Made by a program: the position numbers and the translations under genes. This document shows, piece after piece, positions 18,770 through 29,636 of a stretch of DNA of 64,000 bases (positions within the stretch are counted from its first letter, which is position 1; the number at the start of each line of letters is the position of its first letter). Below the pieces are notes generated by a model that did not search any database, was not told the origin of the DNA, and was given only the letters and a program-made list of their open reading frames with translations. This DNA comes from Chloroherpetonaceae bacterium (GTDB lineage: Bacteria; Bacteroidota; Chlorobiia; Chlorobiales; Chloroherpetonaceae), in contig JANQGG010000064.1 of NCBI GenBank assembly GCA_028277445.1, positions 3,124 through 67,123 on the forward strand, given 5' to 3'.

Positions 18770-19252
18770 TTAACTGACCGAGGGTTGGACTTCAGGATAA
18801 TTGGCGTGTTTATCTTCAATGGCTGTAATAGGGGCATCTCCCCATACACGTTCCAAATTGTAAAACTGTCGTGCGTCTTTTAAGAAAATGTGGACAATAA
18901 CATTAAAGTAGTCCAAAAGTATCCAATTGGCGTTGTCAAGTCCCTCAACATGGCAGGGTTTTTCACCAAGCTCGCGAAGCTCGTCCAATATGAAGTCGGT
19001 TATGGCTTTGGCATGTTTATCGGAATCGGCTGTGCAAACCACGAAATAGTCGGCCATATCTGCAAGCCCGATCAGATTCATGATAGTAACATCGGATGCT
19101 TTTTTAGAAACGGCAAGATGGGCGGCTTCTCGAGCAAGCGCTTCCGACTCTTGGTGTTGTTGTTTTGATGCGGAATTGTGTAATAAAGTGGAGCTTGAGG
19201 GTAATTGTTGAATAGTTTTCTTTTGTTTAAGAAGGGTTAAGGTATTTCCCAT
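18770..19252 (-). CDS. rsfS: Ribosome silencing factor RsfS (iojap) with N-terminal extension
   Basis: KKASDVTIMNL...ADYFVVCTADSDKHAKAI...NWILLDYFNVIVHIF. Confidence 0.85.
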   Translation of the reverse strand: MGNTLTLLKQKKTIQQLPSSSTLLHNSASKQQHQESEALAREAAHLAVSKKASDVTIMNLIGLADMADYFVVCTADSDKHAKAITDFILDELRELGEKPCHVEGLDNANWILLDYFNVIVHIFLKDARQFYNLERVWGDAPITAIEDKHANYPEVQPSVS

Positions 19253-19366
19253 TGAGTGTTGTTTAATTGTGTTATAAAATTAGTCAAGTTAATGTTAACG
19301 AAATATGGCCTTGAGTAATGTTAGTATAGCAAATTCTAGTTGTAATATATTCAATACAACAGAGTT

Positions 19367-20077
19367 TTACTTAAAATAATTTTTAAGAAATGGTTGTTTT
19401 TTCGCTGCTTTCGCTTCAAACTCCTTTAAATATAAGGGTGTAGAACGTGATAAATCGGCAGTGGATTGCTCATTGAACAGGCGCTGGTCCGGCTCAAACA
19501 GCGAAGAGGCATCAAAAAAATCGGCTTCAAGCCATTCAATGTTTGAAGCTTTGGCCATATGTTTTTCAAAGTATTTGCTGAGTTTTCGTCCTACAACACA
19601 GCATTGAGTTTCCAAAGCGCTAAGATCGTTCAGCAAATCACTATCCTTTTTATAATCGTAATCCAGCCTGAAAAACGATTGGTTTGATTGCCGATTTGCG
19701 CGCCCACAATAAAATTCATTGGCTTTTGAGTAAATAATAGGAACAATGATTTCGGCAGATGTGTGAGCTTTAGCAGAATAAAACATGGCGTCTAATGTTG
19801 GAATTAAAACCAAAGGCACATCGTGAGCCATGGCCAAACCTTTCGCAATCGACATGCCAACCCTAAGCGCTGTAAACGACCCCGGACCTGAGGAAAGAAA
19901 AATTGCATCCAAACGGCTTGGCTCAACTGAGCTTGTTTTAAAAAGCGTTTGAATAAGAGGTAAAAGGCGTTGAGCCGCATTTTTCCAGCCGCTATCGTGT
20001 TCTATATGTGTTGTTTGGGAAGTTTTTAAAGCAACACTGGTTATCGCATGGGTACATTCAATGGCAAAGTAGTTCAT
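19367..20077 (-). CDS. tsaB: tRNA t6A37 biosynthesis protein TsaB
   Basis: FLSSGPGSFTALRVGMSIAKGLA motif; ~230 aa. Confidence 0.8.
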   Translation of the reverse strand: MNYFAIECTHAITSVALKTSQTTHIEHDSGWKNAAQRLLPLIQTLFKTSSVEPSRLDAIFLSSGPGSFTALRVGMSIAKGLAMAHDVPLVLIPTLDAMFYSAKAHTSAEIIVPIIYSKANEFYCGRANRQSNQSFFRLDYDYKKDSDLLNDLSALETQCCVVGRKLSKYFEKHMAKASNIEWLEADFFDASSLFEPDQRLFNEQSTADLSRSTPLYLKEFEAKAAKKQPFLKNYFK

Positions 20078-20121
20078 ACTGAAAACAACATTTCATGCCG
20101 TATAACTAGCATATTGAAGCA

Positions 20122-20586
20122 TTAAACCCGAAATTTTTTTAAGAGGGATTTGATATCTTCATCGGAAAGATCGTTGGAAAATTCCGATATAAATTGATCA
20201 ATAATGGTTTTCATTGAATCTCTTAATTTGCGAAAACTTTGTTTGCTTCTCCCCGATACATCCCGAAATCCCCAATGGTCCGTGATTTTATGTTCGTAAA
20301 GCCAGCTCGGGCAATCCTGGTAAGCTGTAGAGCCTAAAGTTATCACTATATCAATGGGCGAATATTTAAAATCATCAACCGAATTAACCGTATGATTTAC
20401 AATATCCAAACCAATTTCTTTCATAACGCCAATCGTGTACTTATCTATAAAAGGAGCCGGCCTTATGCCCGCACTAAACGCCATTAGGCCATTGTTCTTT
20501 TGATTAACCAAAGCCTCGGCTATTTGACTTCTAATGGCATTTGCGGTACAGATAAATAGAATATTTTTTTTTCTTGAATGAGTCAT
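20122..20586 (-). CDS. Low-molecular-weight phosphatase family protein (ArsC/LMW-PTP type)
   Basis: ILFICTANAIRSQIAE contains the CX5R(S) P-loop. Start set at the ATG at 20586 (MTHSRKK), which removes the overlap with the upstream gene. Confidence 0.7.
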   Translation of the reverse strand: MTHSRKKNILFICTANAIRSQIAEALVNQKNNGLMAFSAGIRPAPFIDKYTIGVMKEIGLDIVNHTVNSVDDFKYSPIDIVITLGSTAYQDCPSWLYEHKITDHWGFRDVSGRSKQSFRKLRDSMKTIIDQFISEFSNDLSDEDIKSLLKKFRV

Positions 20587-20602
20587 TAAAGAACAAGTGA
20601 AG

Positions 20603-21265
20603 TTAAATGGCAACATGGATGAGAAGACGAAACAGAAAAAACACAAACATGATTACGGTGAAAACAAGAATAATTCTATCGAGATGTTTGATCAAAAACG
20701 GCGTAACTTTAGGCCCTAAGATATGAATCAGGATACCAACCGGTAAAAACCGTATGGCTCTCCCAATAAAAGCAGCCATGGCAAACGTTAAAACAGGAAT
20801 AGTATGATTTGCACCCGCAAGCATTGTATACATGACGTACGGTATGGGTGTAAAACCCGATGTAAATAAAATTTCAATACTACCGGTTTTGTAGGATGTT
20901 AAAAGTTGATTGGCTTCATTTTGCAAACCAAATTGAGCGACAAGCGTAGCGCCTACGGTTTGAAACGCATAAAACCCAATAAAATAACCAACGATGCCTC
21001 CGAAAGCCATACCCATTATTAAGGCAAAGCTAAATCCCAAAGCACGGCTTGGTTTAAAAGCCCCCATGGAAATTAAAACTTCATCTGAAGGAAGCGGGCA
21101 AAGTGTGGCTTCGGTTACGCCCATAAAAAACATGATTACAAAGCTTAGTGGCTTATTAGCCGTATTTGAGGCTAAATCCAATAATTTTTGTTTGAAGCGC
21201 GATTTTTTTCCATTCGATGAATAAAGATCGGAATAATTGTAAGAGGGAGAATTCACTCTTTCCAA
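20603..21265 (-). CDS. DedA/YqaA-family membrane protein
   Basis: Multi-TM protein with a CPLPSDEVLISMGA segment typical of YqaA-like proteins. Confidence 0.6.
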   Translation of the reverse strand: MERVNSPSYNYSDLYSSNGKKSRFKQKLLDLASNTANKPLSFVIMFFMGVTEATLCPLPSDEVLISMGAFKPSRALGFSFALIMGMAFGGIVGYFIGFYAFQTVGATLVAQFGLQNEANQLLTSYKTGSIEILFTSGFTPIPYVMYTMLAGANHTIPVLTFAMAAFIGRAIRFLPVGILIHILGPKVTPFLIKHLDRIILVFTVIMFVFFLFRLLIHVAI

Positions 21266-21867
21266 CCCTCCTTCCCGATCAACGGTACAAATGCGAACAT
21301 ATTCGCAGAGGATTCATAGATTGTATTGCCTTGACGATGGTAGATCATCATTCGCTGTTTTTCTGAATTTCCAATCGGTATAATTAAGCGGCCATTTTCA
21401 TTGAGCTGTTCAAGAAGCGATTTAGGTACATCCGGCGAACCGGCAGTTACGATGATAGCATCGTATGGCGCCATTTCATGCCAGCCCAATGTTCCATCTC
21501 CCAAACGTAGCGCAATATTCAGGCCAAGTTCTTTAAAAATCTTTTCCGATTTTTTATAAAGCATCTCAATTCTTTCTATTGTAAATACTTTATACTTTAA
21601 GTAGTTCAAAATTGCAGCCTGATAACCCGATCCGGTTCCCACTTCCAATATCTTACCTGTGTGATAATGAGAAACAATGATGGACGTCATATAAGCAACC
21701 GTATAAGGTTGCGATATAGTTTGACTGCTGCCAATCGGGAAAGGGCTATCGTCGTAAGCACAATCCCAAAACATAGAATCTACAAATAAATGCCGTTTGA
21801 CATTAAGAAACGCATCAAGCACTTTTGGATCGGAAATTCCATACTCCTGTAGCTTTTCTACCATCAT
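21253..21867 (-). CDS. pcm: Protein-L-isoaspartate O-methyltransferase
   Basis: TISQPYTVAYMT and LEVGTGSGYQAAIL SAM motif. Confidence 0.9.
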   Translation of the reverse strand: MMVEKLQEYGISDPKVLDAFLNVKRHLFVDSMFWDCAYDDSPFPIGSSQTISQPYTVAYMTSIIVSHYHTGKILEVGTGSGYQAAILNYLKYKVFTIERIEMLYKKSEKIFKELGLNIALRLGDGTLGWHEMAPYDAIIVTAGSPDVPKSLLEQLNENGRLIIPIGNSEKQRMMIYHRQGNTIYESSANMFAFVPLIGKEGWKE

Positions 21868-22143
21868 TTGCCGCCGGGGCCGGTATTTGTAATCTTGATC
21901 TTGGATAGTGTTGATACGTTTAAAAAGTTAGTGACGACCAAAGAAAATAATAAAAAAAAAGGTTTCACCGAATTTGAGGCATTATGCCCTGATCAACATA
22001 AATAAAAACAAAAAACTAGTAATAAGTATTTTAAATCTTACCCCATTCTTAGGTCGAAGTCTCAAATTATAGCTGTCTGATAATTAAAATGGATAGCACG
22101 ATGCCATATCAACAATCTGAGAATAAAACCTGTTGGAGAAAAG

Positions 22144-24012
22144 ATGTGTAGAAAACGATCAGTAACATTAATCACAAACAAAAACGCTGTCAACAATCTA
22201 ATATTTGGACAACTTTTTCATGCAAATAATCCGGAGTTTAAGTTTAACACCGAATCTTGGGAAACATATCTCACAAAATACAAAACGCTAAAAACGCAAG
22301 TTTTGCTATTTGATGTCACATGCAAAGAAAAACTGAATCGCGCATTACAAAAGATATTTAATGACATATCTCAAACTTCAGTTGTGATATTGCTGGCTGA
22401 AAAATCTCAGGAGGAATTTTGCGTAGAAGCTTTGAAGAACGGGATTCAGGACTACTTTTTTATTAATGAAATCACAGACTGTTCATTTACACGATTGCTT
22501 TTAAACGCCATTCGCCGTCAGAAAGCCAAAGAGCGCGTTCATAATTCAAGAACGAAAACGGAAATTCAATCCAAACTACTCTCGTTTCTTGAAAAAGAAC
22601 ATCTGGGTACGGTGGTGCATGACAACCTGGGAAAAGTATGGTATGCAAATGCAGCGGCAACCTCAATTTTGGGGTTAAACAACTCAGAAATGAAAAAAGT
22701 CCCATTTTTATATCATCAAAAAGAGTCTAATGGTTCCGAATATGCAATTACCCGTCCCGATGGAGAAGAGCGTTTTATTTGGGTAAATACTAACGATTTT
22801 GAATGGAATGGAAAAAAAGGATGCCTTTCAACAATTTATGATACCACTGAATCGCACCGGGTTAAATCGGAAAAACAGCATTTAACCAAGCAGCTTTTTC
22901 GCGCCCAAAAAATGGAAGCTATCGGTATGCTTGCCGGCGGCATTGCACACGACTTTAATAACATCATGAGTATAACCATGATGGCCAGTTCAAACGCATC
23001 AACTGTTGTAAAAGATCCGAAGTTATTGCGCGATCTTCAAATTATCCAGGAAGCCGCTGAGCGAGGGACATCCATAACAAGACAGTTGTTGGCGTTTTCT
23101 CGCACCAATGAAATGATGAAAATGCCGGTAAGTATATCCGATGTGGTAAAACAACTTTACAAAATGTTAAGTCATTCGCTACCAAAAGATATTGAATTGG
23201 ATGTTGATTTTTGTAATGATGATTATGTGATGGCTGATAGCGGTCAGTTGTATCAGGTACTCTTGAACATGGCCGTGAATGCAAAAGATGCGATGCCAAA
23301 TGGCGGCCATTTAGCCATAAAGGTTTTCTCGCCCGAAACAGACGACAAACAAGAGAGCGTTTGTGTAAGTATAGCCGATACCGGTAGTGGAATTCCTGAA
23401 GATATTCAAGATCACATATTTGAAGCGTTTTACAGCACAAAAAGTATTGATAAAGGAACCGGGCTCGGGCTATCAATCGCCAAGCAAATTATCGATGAGC
23501 ACGATGGTCAGATTTATTTGAAAAGTAAGACCGGATCAGGAACAACATTTACCATTGTGTTGCCAAAAATCAAATCTAAAAAAATTAAACCCATAGAACC
23601 TAAATTCGATATTCACGTTGGTAACAATGAACGCATTTTACTGGTTGAAGATGAGCACTCGCTTCGAAGCATTTTAAATAAAGCGTTGAGTGAATTCGGG
23701 TATGATGTTTATGTGGCAGAAAACGGACAGGAGGGGTATGATCTTTTCAAAAAATATGCGGACACCATAGATTTAGTCATCACCGATTTTGGAATGCCAA
23801 AAATGAACGGACAGGCGCTGCATAAAAAACTCAAACTAATTAATCCCGATATTAAAGTTATTATTGCAACCGGCTACCTGGAGCAAAATTTAAAAGATGA
23901 GCTTATGGAAGCGGGCGTTAGTGAATTTATCTACAAACCGTTTAACATAAAATCAATTTTGCATACCATCCACGATGTGCTTTGCGAATTCGAGTATGAA
24001 AAAACCGGTTAA
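22144..24012 (+). CDS. Hybrid sensor histidine kinase/response regulator (degenerate N-terminal receiver-like domain, PAS, HisKA, HATPase_c, REC)
   Basis: H-box [14 protein letters not shown] boxes [24 protein letters not shown]-terminal ILLVEDE...[12 protein letters not shown]...KP. Confidence 0.9.
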   Translation: MCRKRSVTLITNKNAVNNLIFGQLFHANNPEFKFNTESWETYLTKYKTLKTQVLLFDVTCKEKLNRALQKIFNDISQTSVVILLAEKSQEEFCVEALKNGIQDYFFINEITDCSFTRLLLNAIRRQKAKERVHNSRTKTEIQSKLLSFLEKEHLGTVVHDNLGKVWYANAAATSILGLNNSEMKKVPFLYHQKESNGSEYAITRPDGEERFIWVNTNDFEWNGKKGCLSTIYDTTESHRVKSEKQHLTKQLFRAQKMEAIGMLAGGIAHDFNNIMSITMMASSNASTVVKDPKLLRDLQIIQEAAERGTSITRQLLAFSRTNEMMKMPVSISDVVKQLYKMLSHSLPKDIELDVDFCNDDYVMADSGQLYQVLLNMAVNAKDAMPNGGHLAIKVFSPETDDKQESVCVSIADTGSGIPEDIQDHIFEAFYSTKSIDKGTGLGLSIAKQIIDEHDGQIYLKSKTGSGTTFTIVLPKIKSKKIKPIEPKFDIHVGNNERILLVEDEHSLRSILNKALSEFGYDVYVAENGQEGYDLFKKYADTIDLVITDFGMPKMNGQALHKKLKLINPDIKVIIATGYLEQNLKDELMEAGVSEFIYKPFNIKSILHTIHDVLCEFEYEKTG

Positions 24013-25013
24013 TGAATCTCCGGTTTCGGTTCACGAGTCATTAGCTCTAATACGGCTTGCTTGACCGGTTTATTCAGGAAAAGCATATCATAAACACTTT
24101 GGGTAATCGGCATTTCCACGCCAATCTTTTTGGATAGATGTGAAACGGCACGGGTTGTTTCAATGCCTTCGGCAACCATAACCATATCTTTGAGAATTTC
24201 ATCCAATGTTTTACCCTGACCGATCATTTCGCCAACGCGACGATTTCGGCTATGTCGGCTTGAACAGGTAACCACCAAATCGCCAATACCGGCCAATCCG
24301 GAAAATGTCTGCGGATCAGCGCCGAGTTTTTTTCCGAGTCTGGTTATTTCGGCCAATCCCCTGGTTATAATGGCAGCTTTGGCGTTATCGCCATAGCCCA
24401 ATCCATCGGATATGCCGGCAGCGACAGCCATAATATTTTTTACCGAACCGCCAATTTCAACCCCAATCGGATCGGTATTGACATAAACCCGAAACATTGG
24501 CGTGATAAAAATATCCTGAATTTGTTTTGCATTAGTTTCACTGGTGCATGATGCAACAACCGTTGTAGGTTGTTTTAAACTCACTTCTTCGGCATGGCTC
24601 GGCCCATATAACGTGATGATATTATCGTAAGGAATGTTAGGGAGTGCCTCGTGTATCACTTCCGACATTCGCAAACCGGTTTCAACTTCAATGCCTTTAG
24701 AAAGATTAACAATTAAGGTGTTTTCAGGGATGGGTACTTTTGAAAATTGATTCAGGCACGAGCGTATAGCTTGGGTGGGAATGGCGATTACAATCACCGA
24801 ACATCCGGCGATAGTTTCGGCATGATCATAACTTACTTGTAGTGATTGAGGGAAAATTACCCCTTTAAGAAACTCTTTGTTTTCACGATCGGCTTGAAGG
24901 ATTTGGGCAATTTCGGGTTGATGAGCCCACATGTTTACCTGGTAACCTTTTTCAGCCAATAAGACAGCAATGGTTGTTCCCCAGCTTCCTGCGCCAAGAA
25001 CAGAAATTTTCAT
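24009..25013 (-). CDS. gpsA: NAD(P)H-dependent glycerol-3-phosphate dehydrogenase
   Basis: [19 protein letters not shown]..., GSVKN, typical length. Confidence 0.9.
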   Translation of the reverse strand: MKISVLGAGSWGTTIAVLLAEKGYQVNMWAHQPEIAQILQADRENKEFLKGVIFPQSLQVSYDHAETIAGCSVIVIAIPTQAIRSCLNQFSKVPIPENTLIVNLSKGIEVETGLRMSEVIHEALPNIPYDNIITLYGPSHAEEVSLKQPTTVVASCTSETNAKQIQDIFITPMFRVYVNTDPIGVEIGGSVKNIMAVAAGISDGLGYGDNAKAAIITRGLAEITRLGKKLGADPQTFSGLAGIGDLVVTCSSRHSRNRRVGEMIGQGKTLDEILKDMVMVAEGIETTRAVSHLSKKIGVEMPITQSVYDMLFLNKPVKQAVLELMTREPKPEIH

Positions 25014-25055
25014 ATATCTACGTTAAATGATCCGGTTAAAATGGGGGCATCCGGG

Positions 25056-25766
25056 TTAATTATTTTTACCAAAAATTGACACCCGATTTTCAGTACCTAA
25101 GCGAAGCCGCTCAATATTGGTGCGATGTTTATAAACTATGCCTAATGCAATAAGGGTTCCAATAATAATGAGATGATAATCCAGGCTATCGTGAATATGA
25201 TGATTGGAACCGAATAGATTAAAATAATAATCAAGACCGTCTCCCACATTAAAAATGTATTTCCTGACAACCAAGGTGAGAGGAAAACTAAGGACGGCTA
25301 TAATTGAAGACAGCGAAACATAACGAGAAATTAATAACACCGAAAAGAAAACGCCCATTACAATTAACATGGTAACCGGCGCCAAACCAAACATGATACC
25401 GGCAGCCGTGCTAACGCCTTTACCGCCACGAAAACTGGCAAACACCGTATACATGTGGCCCACAACCGCTACCACGCCGGCAAGCAATCTTAGCGCAACT
25501 CGATTCATATCCGGTAATTGATCCAATTGATTGTATTCAAAAAATGCAACCACCCAAACAACAACGGCCACGCCTTTTAGCATGTCAAAAACCGTAACAA
25601 ATAAACCGGCTTTCCAGCCTAATACCCGAAAAACATTTGTGCCGCCGGCATTACCGCTTCCATGATCACGAATATCGAATCCTTTTAAAAGTTTACTAAC
25701 AATAATAGCTGTCGGAATAGAACCAATTAAATAACTAACAATAAGTATAGTAATGACTGATAACAT
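25056..25766 (-). CDS. plsY: Glycerol-3-phosphate acyltransferase PlsY
   Basis: [39 protein letters not shown]. Confidence 0.9.
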   Translation of the reverse strand: MLSVITILIVSYLIGSIPTAIIVSKLLKGFDIRDHGSGNAGGTNVFRVLGWKAGLFVTVFDMLKGVAVVVWVVAFFEYNQLDQLPDMNRVALRLLAGVVAVVGHMYTVFASFRGGKGVSTAAGIMFGLAPVTMLIVMGVFFSVLLISRYVSLSSIIAVLSFPLTLVVRKYIFNVGDGLDYYFNLFGSNHHIHDSLDYHLIIIGTLIALGIVYKHRTNIERLRLGTENRVSIFGKNN

Positions 25767-25901
25767 AAGCCGCTTGCTGTTGTATGAATGTAAATAATAG
25801 CCTTAAAAGCGATAACTGTCTTTTAATATAATAATTTTTAGATTTATTGATCTTTTCGGGCCAGAAAGCTTAATTTTTTCAATGTGTCGTTTAAATCGTG
25901 C

Positions 25902-26891
25902 TTAAGACAACACCACTTCGCCAAGTACCCTGCACGGTTCGTTAAGCGATTTAAAGTGCTGAAGCAACCGATCAACTTGAGTTTTATCAACAATGATCAC
26001 TAAGCCAATACCCATATTGAACGTGCGTTTCATGTCTTCAAGCGGGACTTGGCCTTCGTTTTGAATAATTTTGAACAGCGGGGGCGTTTCCCACGATTCC
26101 CAATCAATCGTTAAACCCAGTCCCTCAGGGATGATCCGCATGGTGTTTGAAACCAAACCTCCGCCGGTTATGTGAGCCAATCCTTTAATTTCAGCCCAAT
26201 CCAGCATCGGGTGGATAAGCTTTAAATACGATCGGTGAATTGTTAACAATTCCTGGCCAATGGGCAATTCCAAATCGGAAAAAGTTTCCTGAAGCCGGCC
26301 TTCAAAGATTTTTCGGGCCAATGAATACCCATTTGTATGTAATCCGGTAGAATTAAGTCCAAGTAAAACATCACCGGGGTTGATGTTTTTTCCATTGATA
26401 ATTTTGTGTTTTTCCACAATGCCAACAATCGTGCCGGCAATATCAAAATCCCCTTCGCGATACAGCCCGGGCATTTCGGCAGTTTCTCCGCCAATCAATG
26501 CGCAATCATTTTCTTTGCACCCTTCAACAAGACCTAAAATCACTTGTTCAGCCTCGTTAACTAAAAGTTTTCCGGTCGCATAATAGTCGAGGAAAAACAA
26601 GGGCTTGGCGCCGCAGACCAAAATGTCGTTGGTGCAATGATTCACGAGGCAATTGCCTATGGTGTTGTATGTGTTTAAATCGGCGGCCAGTTTAAGTTTT
26701 GTGCCTACGCCATCAACACTGCTGACCAATACCGCATTTTTATAAGCTGAGAAATCAATTTCAAAAAAACCGCCAAACGAGCCAAGCTCGCTTAATACTC
26801 CCGGTGTAAAGGTTTGACGAACCACGGGTTTGATGCGTTTGACCAGTTCTTCGCCTGCGGCAATATCAACCCCAGATTGTTTATAATCCAT
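25902..26891 (-). CDS. purM: Phosphoribosylformylglycinamidine cyclo-ligase
   Basis: [29 protein letters not shown]. Confidence 0.92.
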   Translation of the reverse strand: MDYKQSGVDIAAGEELVKRIKPVVRQTFTPGVLSELGSFGGFFEIDFSAYKNAVLVSSVDGVGTKLKLAADLNTYNTIGNCLVNHCTNDILVCGAKPLFFLDYYATGKLLVNEAEQVILGLVEGCKENDCALIGGETAEMPGLYREGDFDIAGTIVGIVEKHKIINGKNINPGDVLLGLNSTGLHTNGYSLARKIFEGRLQETFSDLELPIGQELLTIHRSYLKLIHPMLDWAEIKGLAHITGGGLVSNTMRIIPEGLGLTIDWESWETPPLFKIIQNEGQVPLEDMKRTFNMGIGLVIIVDKTQVDRLLQHFKSLNEPCRVLGEVVLS

Positions 26892-26935
26892 TCATGTATA
26901 TGTTTAAATCAAAAGTTACTTCGATTGCGATACGC

Positions 26936-28333
26936 TCACGCAAATATCTTTTCATTAAAATGACCTGTAAAGAATTCATGATGCAGGGCTGAAGCGGCTT
27001 TTTGCAGATCCGATTCGGCAACCACAAACCCAACATTGATTTCAGATGCACCTTGCGAGATCATGCGGATATTAACATTCTTCAAGGCATTGAAAATGCG
27101 CCCCGAAACGCCCGGCGAGGAGCGAAGCTTATCGCCAACAACGCACAATATCGCCACGTCGTGTTCAACATCCACTTCGGCTTTATGCTCAAGATCGTGC
27201 ATGATCTGCCGAAGTCTTTGGGTATTATTGATGGTTAAGGATAGTGAAACCTCACTGGTTGAGATCATATCAACCGGCGTTTTATGATTGGCAAAAATTT
27301 GAAAGACTTCGGCTAGAAATCCATATGCGCCAAGCATTTGATTGGATTTAATGCTGACAATGCTTTGGCTGGTTTTATACGCAATGGATTTAACAAGTCC
27401 GTCATACGAAGCGCCTTCCAACAGTCCCGGATCGTTTGTTATTAATGTGCCTTCAATTTCAGGCCGTTTTGAATTCTTGACATATACCGGAACATTTTCG
27501 GTAACAGCCGGATGAATAGTGGCCGGGTGCAACACTTTGGCGCCGAAGTAAGCCAATTCAGCCGCTTCATTGAATGTAATGACTTTCAAGCGTTTGGCTT
27601 CCGGTACCAATCGGGGGTCGCAGGTTAAAACGCCATCAACATCTGTCCAAATTTGGATTTTTGTTCGCTTTAAAAGCGCACCGAAAATGGCAGCCGAATA
27701 ATCCGAACCGCCACGTCCCAACGTGGTTGTTTTCCCTGAGCGGTTTCTTCCGATAAAACCTTGCGTAACCACAACGTTTCCACCTTGCAGTTCAGGGAGA
27801 ACCATCCCTTGCAAGCTCTTCATGGTGAGATCCCACAACGGCTGGGCTTTACCGAAATTATCGTCGGTGATGAGCACATCGCGGGCATCCAGCCAAAATG
27901 TATCTACGCCTTGTTCTTTTAATCCGGCCGCAAGCAGATTGGTTGAAAGCAATTCGCCATAGGAATAAAAGACATCCATGGAGCGTGCGGTCAGCTCGCC
28001 AACGATATCCACGCCGTTGATGAGGGTTTTTAGGTCATCTATGTATTCTTTTATCAGCGCTTTTAAAGATGCAACGGTTTGGGGTTCTTTTAATAGATTT
28101 TCAGCAATGGTTTCATGATGCTTTTGAATCTCATCAGCCCAATGCAAGGCTTCATCACTCCGATTATCGGCGGCGGCATCGGCAATTTTCTCAAGCTTGT
28201 TGGTTATACCGGCACAAGCGCTTAATACCACCAATGGGATTTTGTGTTGTTTTTCGGTTTTAATGATGTTGATCACGTTTTGCATGGCATCGGCATTTTC
28301 AACAGATGTGCCGCCAAATTTCATTACAGCCAT
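26936..28333 (-). CDS. lysC: Aspartate kinase
   Basis: VMKFGGTSV, LGRGGSDYSA, C-terminal ACT-like repeats. Confidence 0.9.
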   Translation of the reverse strand: MAVMKFGGTSVENADAMQNVINIIKTEKQHKIPLVVLSACAGITNKLEKIADAAADNRSDEALHWADEIQKHHETIAENLLKEPQTVASLKALIKEYIDDLKTLINGVDIVGELTARSMDVFYSYGELLSTNLLAAGLKEQGVDTFWLDARDVLITDDNFGKAQPLWDLTMKSLQGMVLPELQGGNVVVTQGFIGRNRSGKTTTLGRGGSDYSAAIFGALLKRTKIQIWTDVDGVLTCDPRLVPEAKRLKVITFNEAAELAYFGAKVLHPATIHPAVTENVPVYVKNSKRPEIEGTLITNDPGLLEGASYDGLVKSIAYKTSQSIVSIKSNQMLGAYGFLAEVFQIFANHKTPVDMISTSEVSLSLTINNTQRLRQIMHDLEHKAEVDVEHDVAILCVVGDKLRSSPGVSGRIFNALKNVNIRMISQGASEINVGFVVAESDLQKAASALHHEFFTGHFNEKIFA

Positions 28334-28544
28334 TGATCTTTCGGTTTTATTTTTTTTGAAACGGTTGTTTAAACCAATTTTAAAAAGATTATCTCTAAGT
28401 TAAGAGATGCTATTATAATAAATTCTATATTCGTTTTATGTTGAAATGAACAACAAAACATAAAGTTAACAAAAATTCGTTAAGCCATAATACAACGCGT
28501 AAATTAACCCGTCGATTTTTTGAACGTTTTTAACATTATAAACC

Positions 28545-29147
28545 ATGAGATTCCCTTTAAAAAAACCATTCCTTTTTGTTGCAATTCTATGTTTGTACTT
28601 ATGCCAGTTTTGGGGCTGCCAAACAACCACGGTCAGTCAGCGATATGGAAAAAAAGAGACAGAGTTTAAAGGGAAAACCATTTACGATAGATTATTCAAA
28701 GCGGCTTACGAGGAAAAAAATGTAGATATCCCAAAAACCAAAGAAGCGCTAAAACAAGCCAGCATTGCTTCGGGCGCCAGGGAAAAGTTCAAACAGGAAA
28801 TCAATGCCTTTATGGGAACCAAATATAAATTTGGCGGGTCGGATCGGAACGGGGTTGATTGCTCAGGATTTGTTTTACGGGTTTATCATTCGGCGCTAAA
28901 CATTAAACTCCCGCATTCGGCGGCGGCACAATCGCAACTTGGCCAGGGCGTGCCCACTTCAGGTTTGGTTTTGGGTGATTTGGTGTTTTTTAGGGCAAAG
29001 CCCAGAAAAATAACCCATGTCGGGATTTATATGGGCGAAGGACAATTTGCCCATGCCAGCACCTCTTCCGGCGTTATTCTAAGCCGGCTTGATGAATCTT
29101 ACTATCAGCATCATTATGCGTTTTCAAAACGATTGATCAATTGGTGA
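28545..29147 (+). CDS. NlpC/P60 (C40) peptidoglycan hydrolase lipoprotein
   Basis: Lipobox QFWGC. GVDCSGFV catalytic Cys. THVGIYMG His. Confidence 0.85.
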   Translation: MRFPLKKPFLFVAILCLYLCQFWGCQTTTVSQRYGKKETEFKGKTIYDRLFKAAYEEKNVDIPKTKEALKQASIASGAREKFKQEINAFMGTKYKFGGSDRNGVDCSGFVLRVYHSALNIKLPHSAAAQSQLGQGVPTSGLVLGDLVFFRAKPRKITHVGIYMGEGQFAHASTSSGVILSRLDESYYQHHYAFSKRLINW

Positions 29148-29171
29148 TGGTTTTCGTAATCCTTCAGCGAT

Positions 29172-29624
29172 TTAAGAGGCGAGTTCGGATTTTTTAGAAA
29201 CGGCGATTTTGCGTTTATTTTCACTTAAACGTTCAAACGAGACCGTTTGCGTGTGCCGAGGCAACAATTCGGGAAACCGGTCGGCCCATTCCAGAATGCA
29301 AATGCCATCATCATACAAATATTCCTCAATCCCAACGCCAAAAAGTTCATCCATGGATTTGATCCGATAGAGATCGAAATGATAGAGGTTGATCTCGCCA
29401 TGGTTATCGCCAAATCTACCTGAGTAAGTATTGACAATAGCGAACGACGGACTGGAGACCCTGGAACCGCATTCAAAGTAATCGCAAAGCCCCCGCGTAA
29501 ATTCGGTTTTTCCCGTGCCTAGTTCCCCGATCAATGCCACAATATCGCCACGTTTTAAGGTTTTGGCAAAAGTGTTTGCATGGCTGCGCGTTTCTTCGGG
29601 AGAAGCGCTGATAAATTCATTCAT
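29172..29624 (-). CDS. tsaE: tRNA t6A37 biosynthesis ATPase TsaE
   Basis: Walker A GELGTGKTEF; FDLYR motif. Confidence 0.85.
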   Translation of the reverse strand: MNEFISASPEETRSHANTFAKTLKRGDIVALIGELGTGKTEFTRGLCDYFECGSRVSSPSFAIVNTYSGRFGDNHGEINLYHFDLYRIKSMDELFGVGIEEYLYDDGICILEWADRFPELLPRHTQTVSFERLSENKRKIAVSKKSELAS

Positions 29625-29636
29625 ACGGATACAACA

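Noticed and set aside
24009-24012. Convergent kinase and gpsA genes overlap by 4 nt, sharing a TTAA that supplies both stop codons, with no terminator between them.
   Set aside because: Real but trivial. This is a common compaction feature without clear functional implication.
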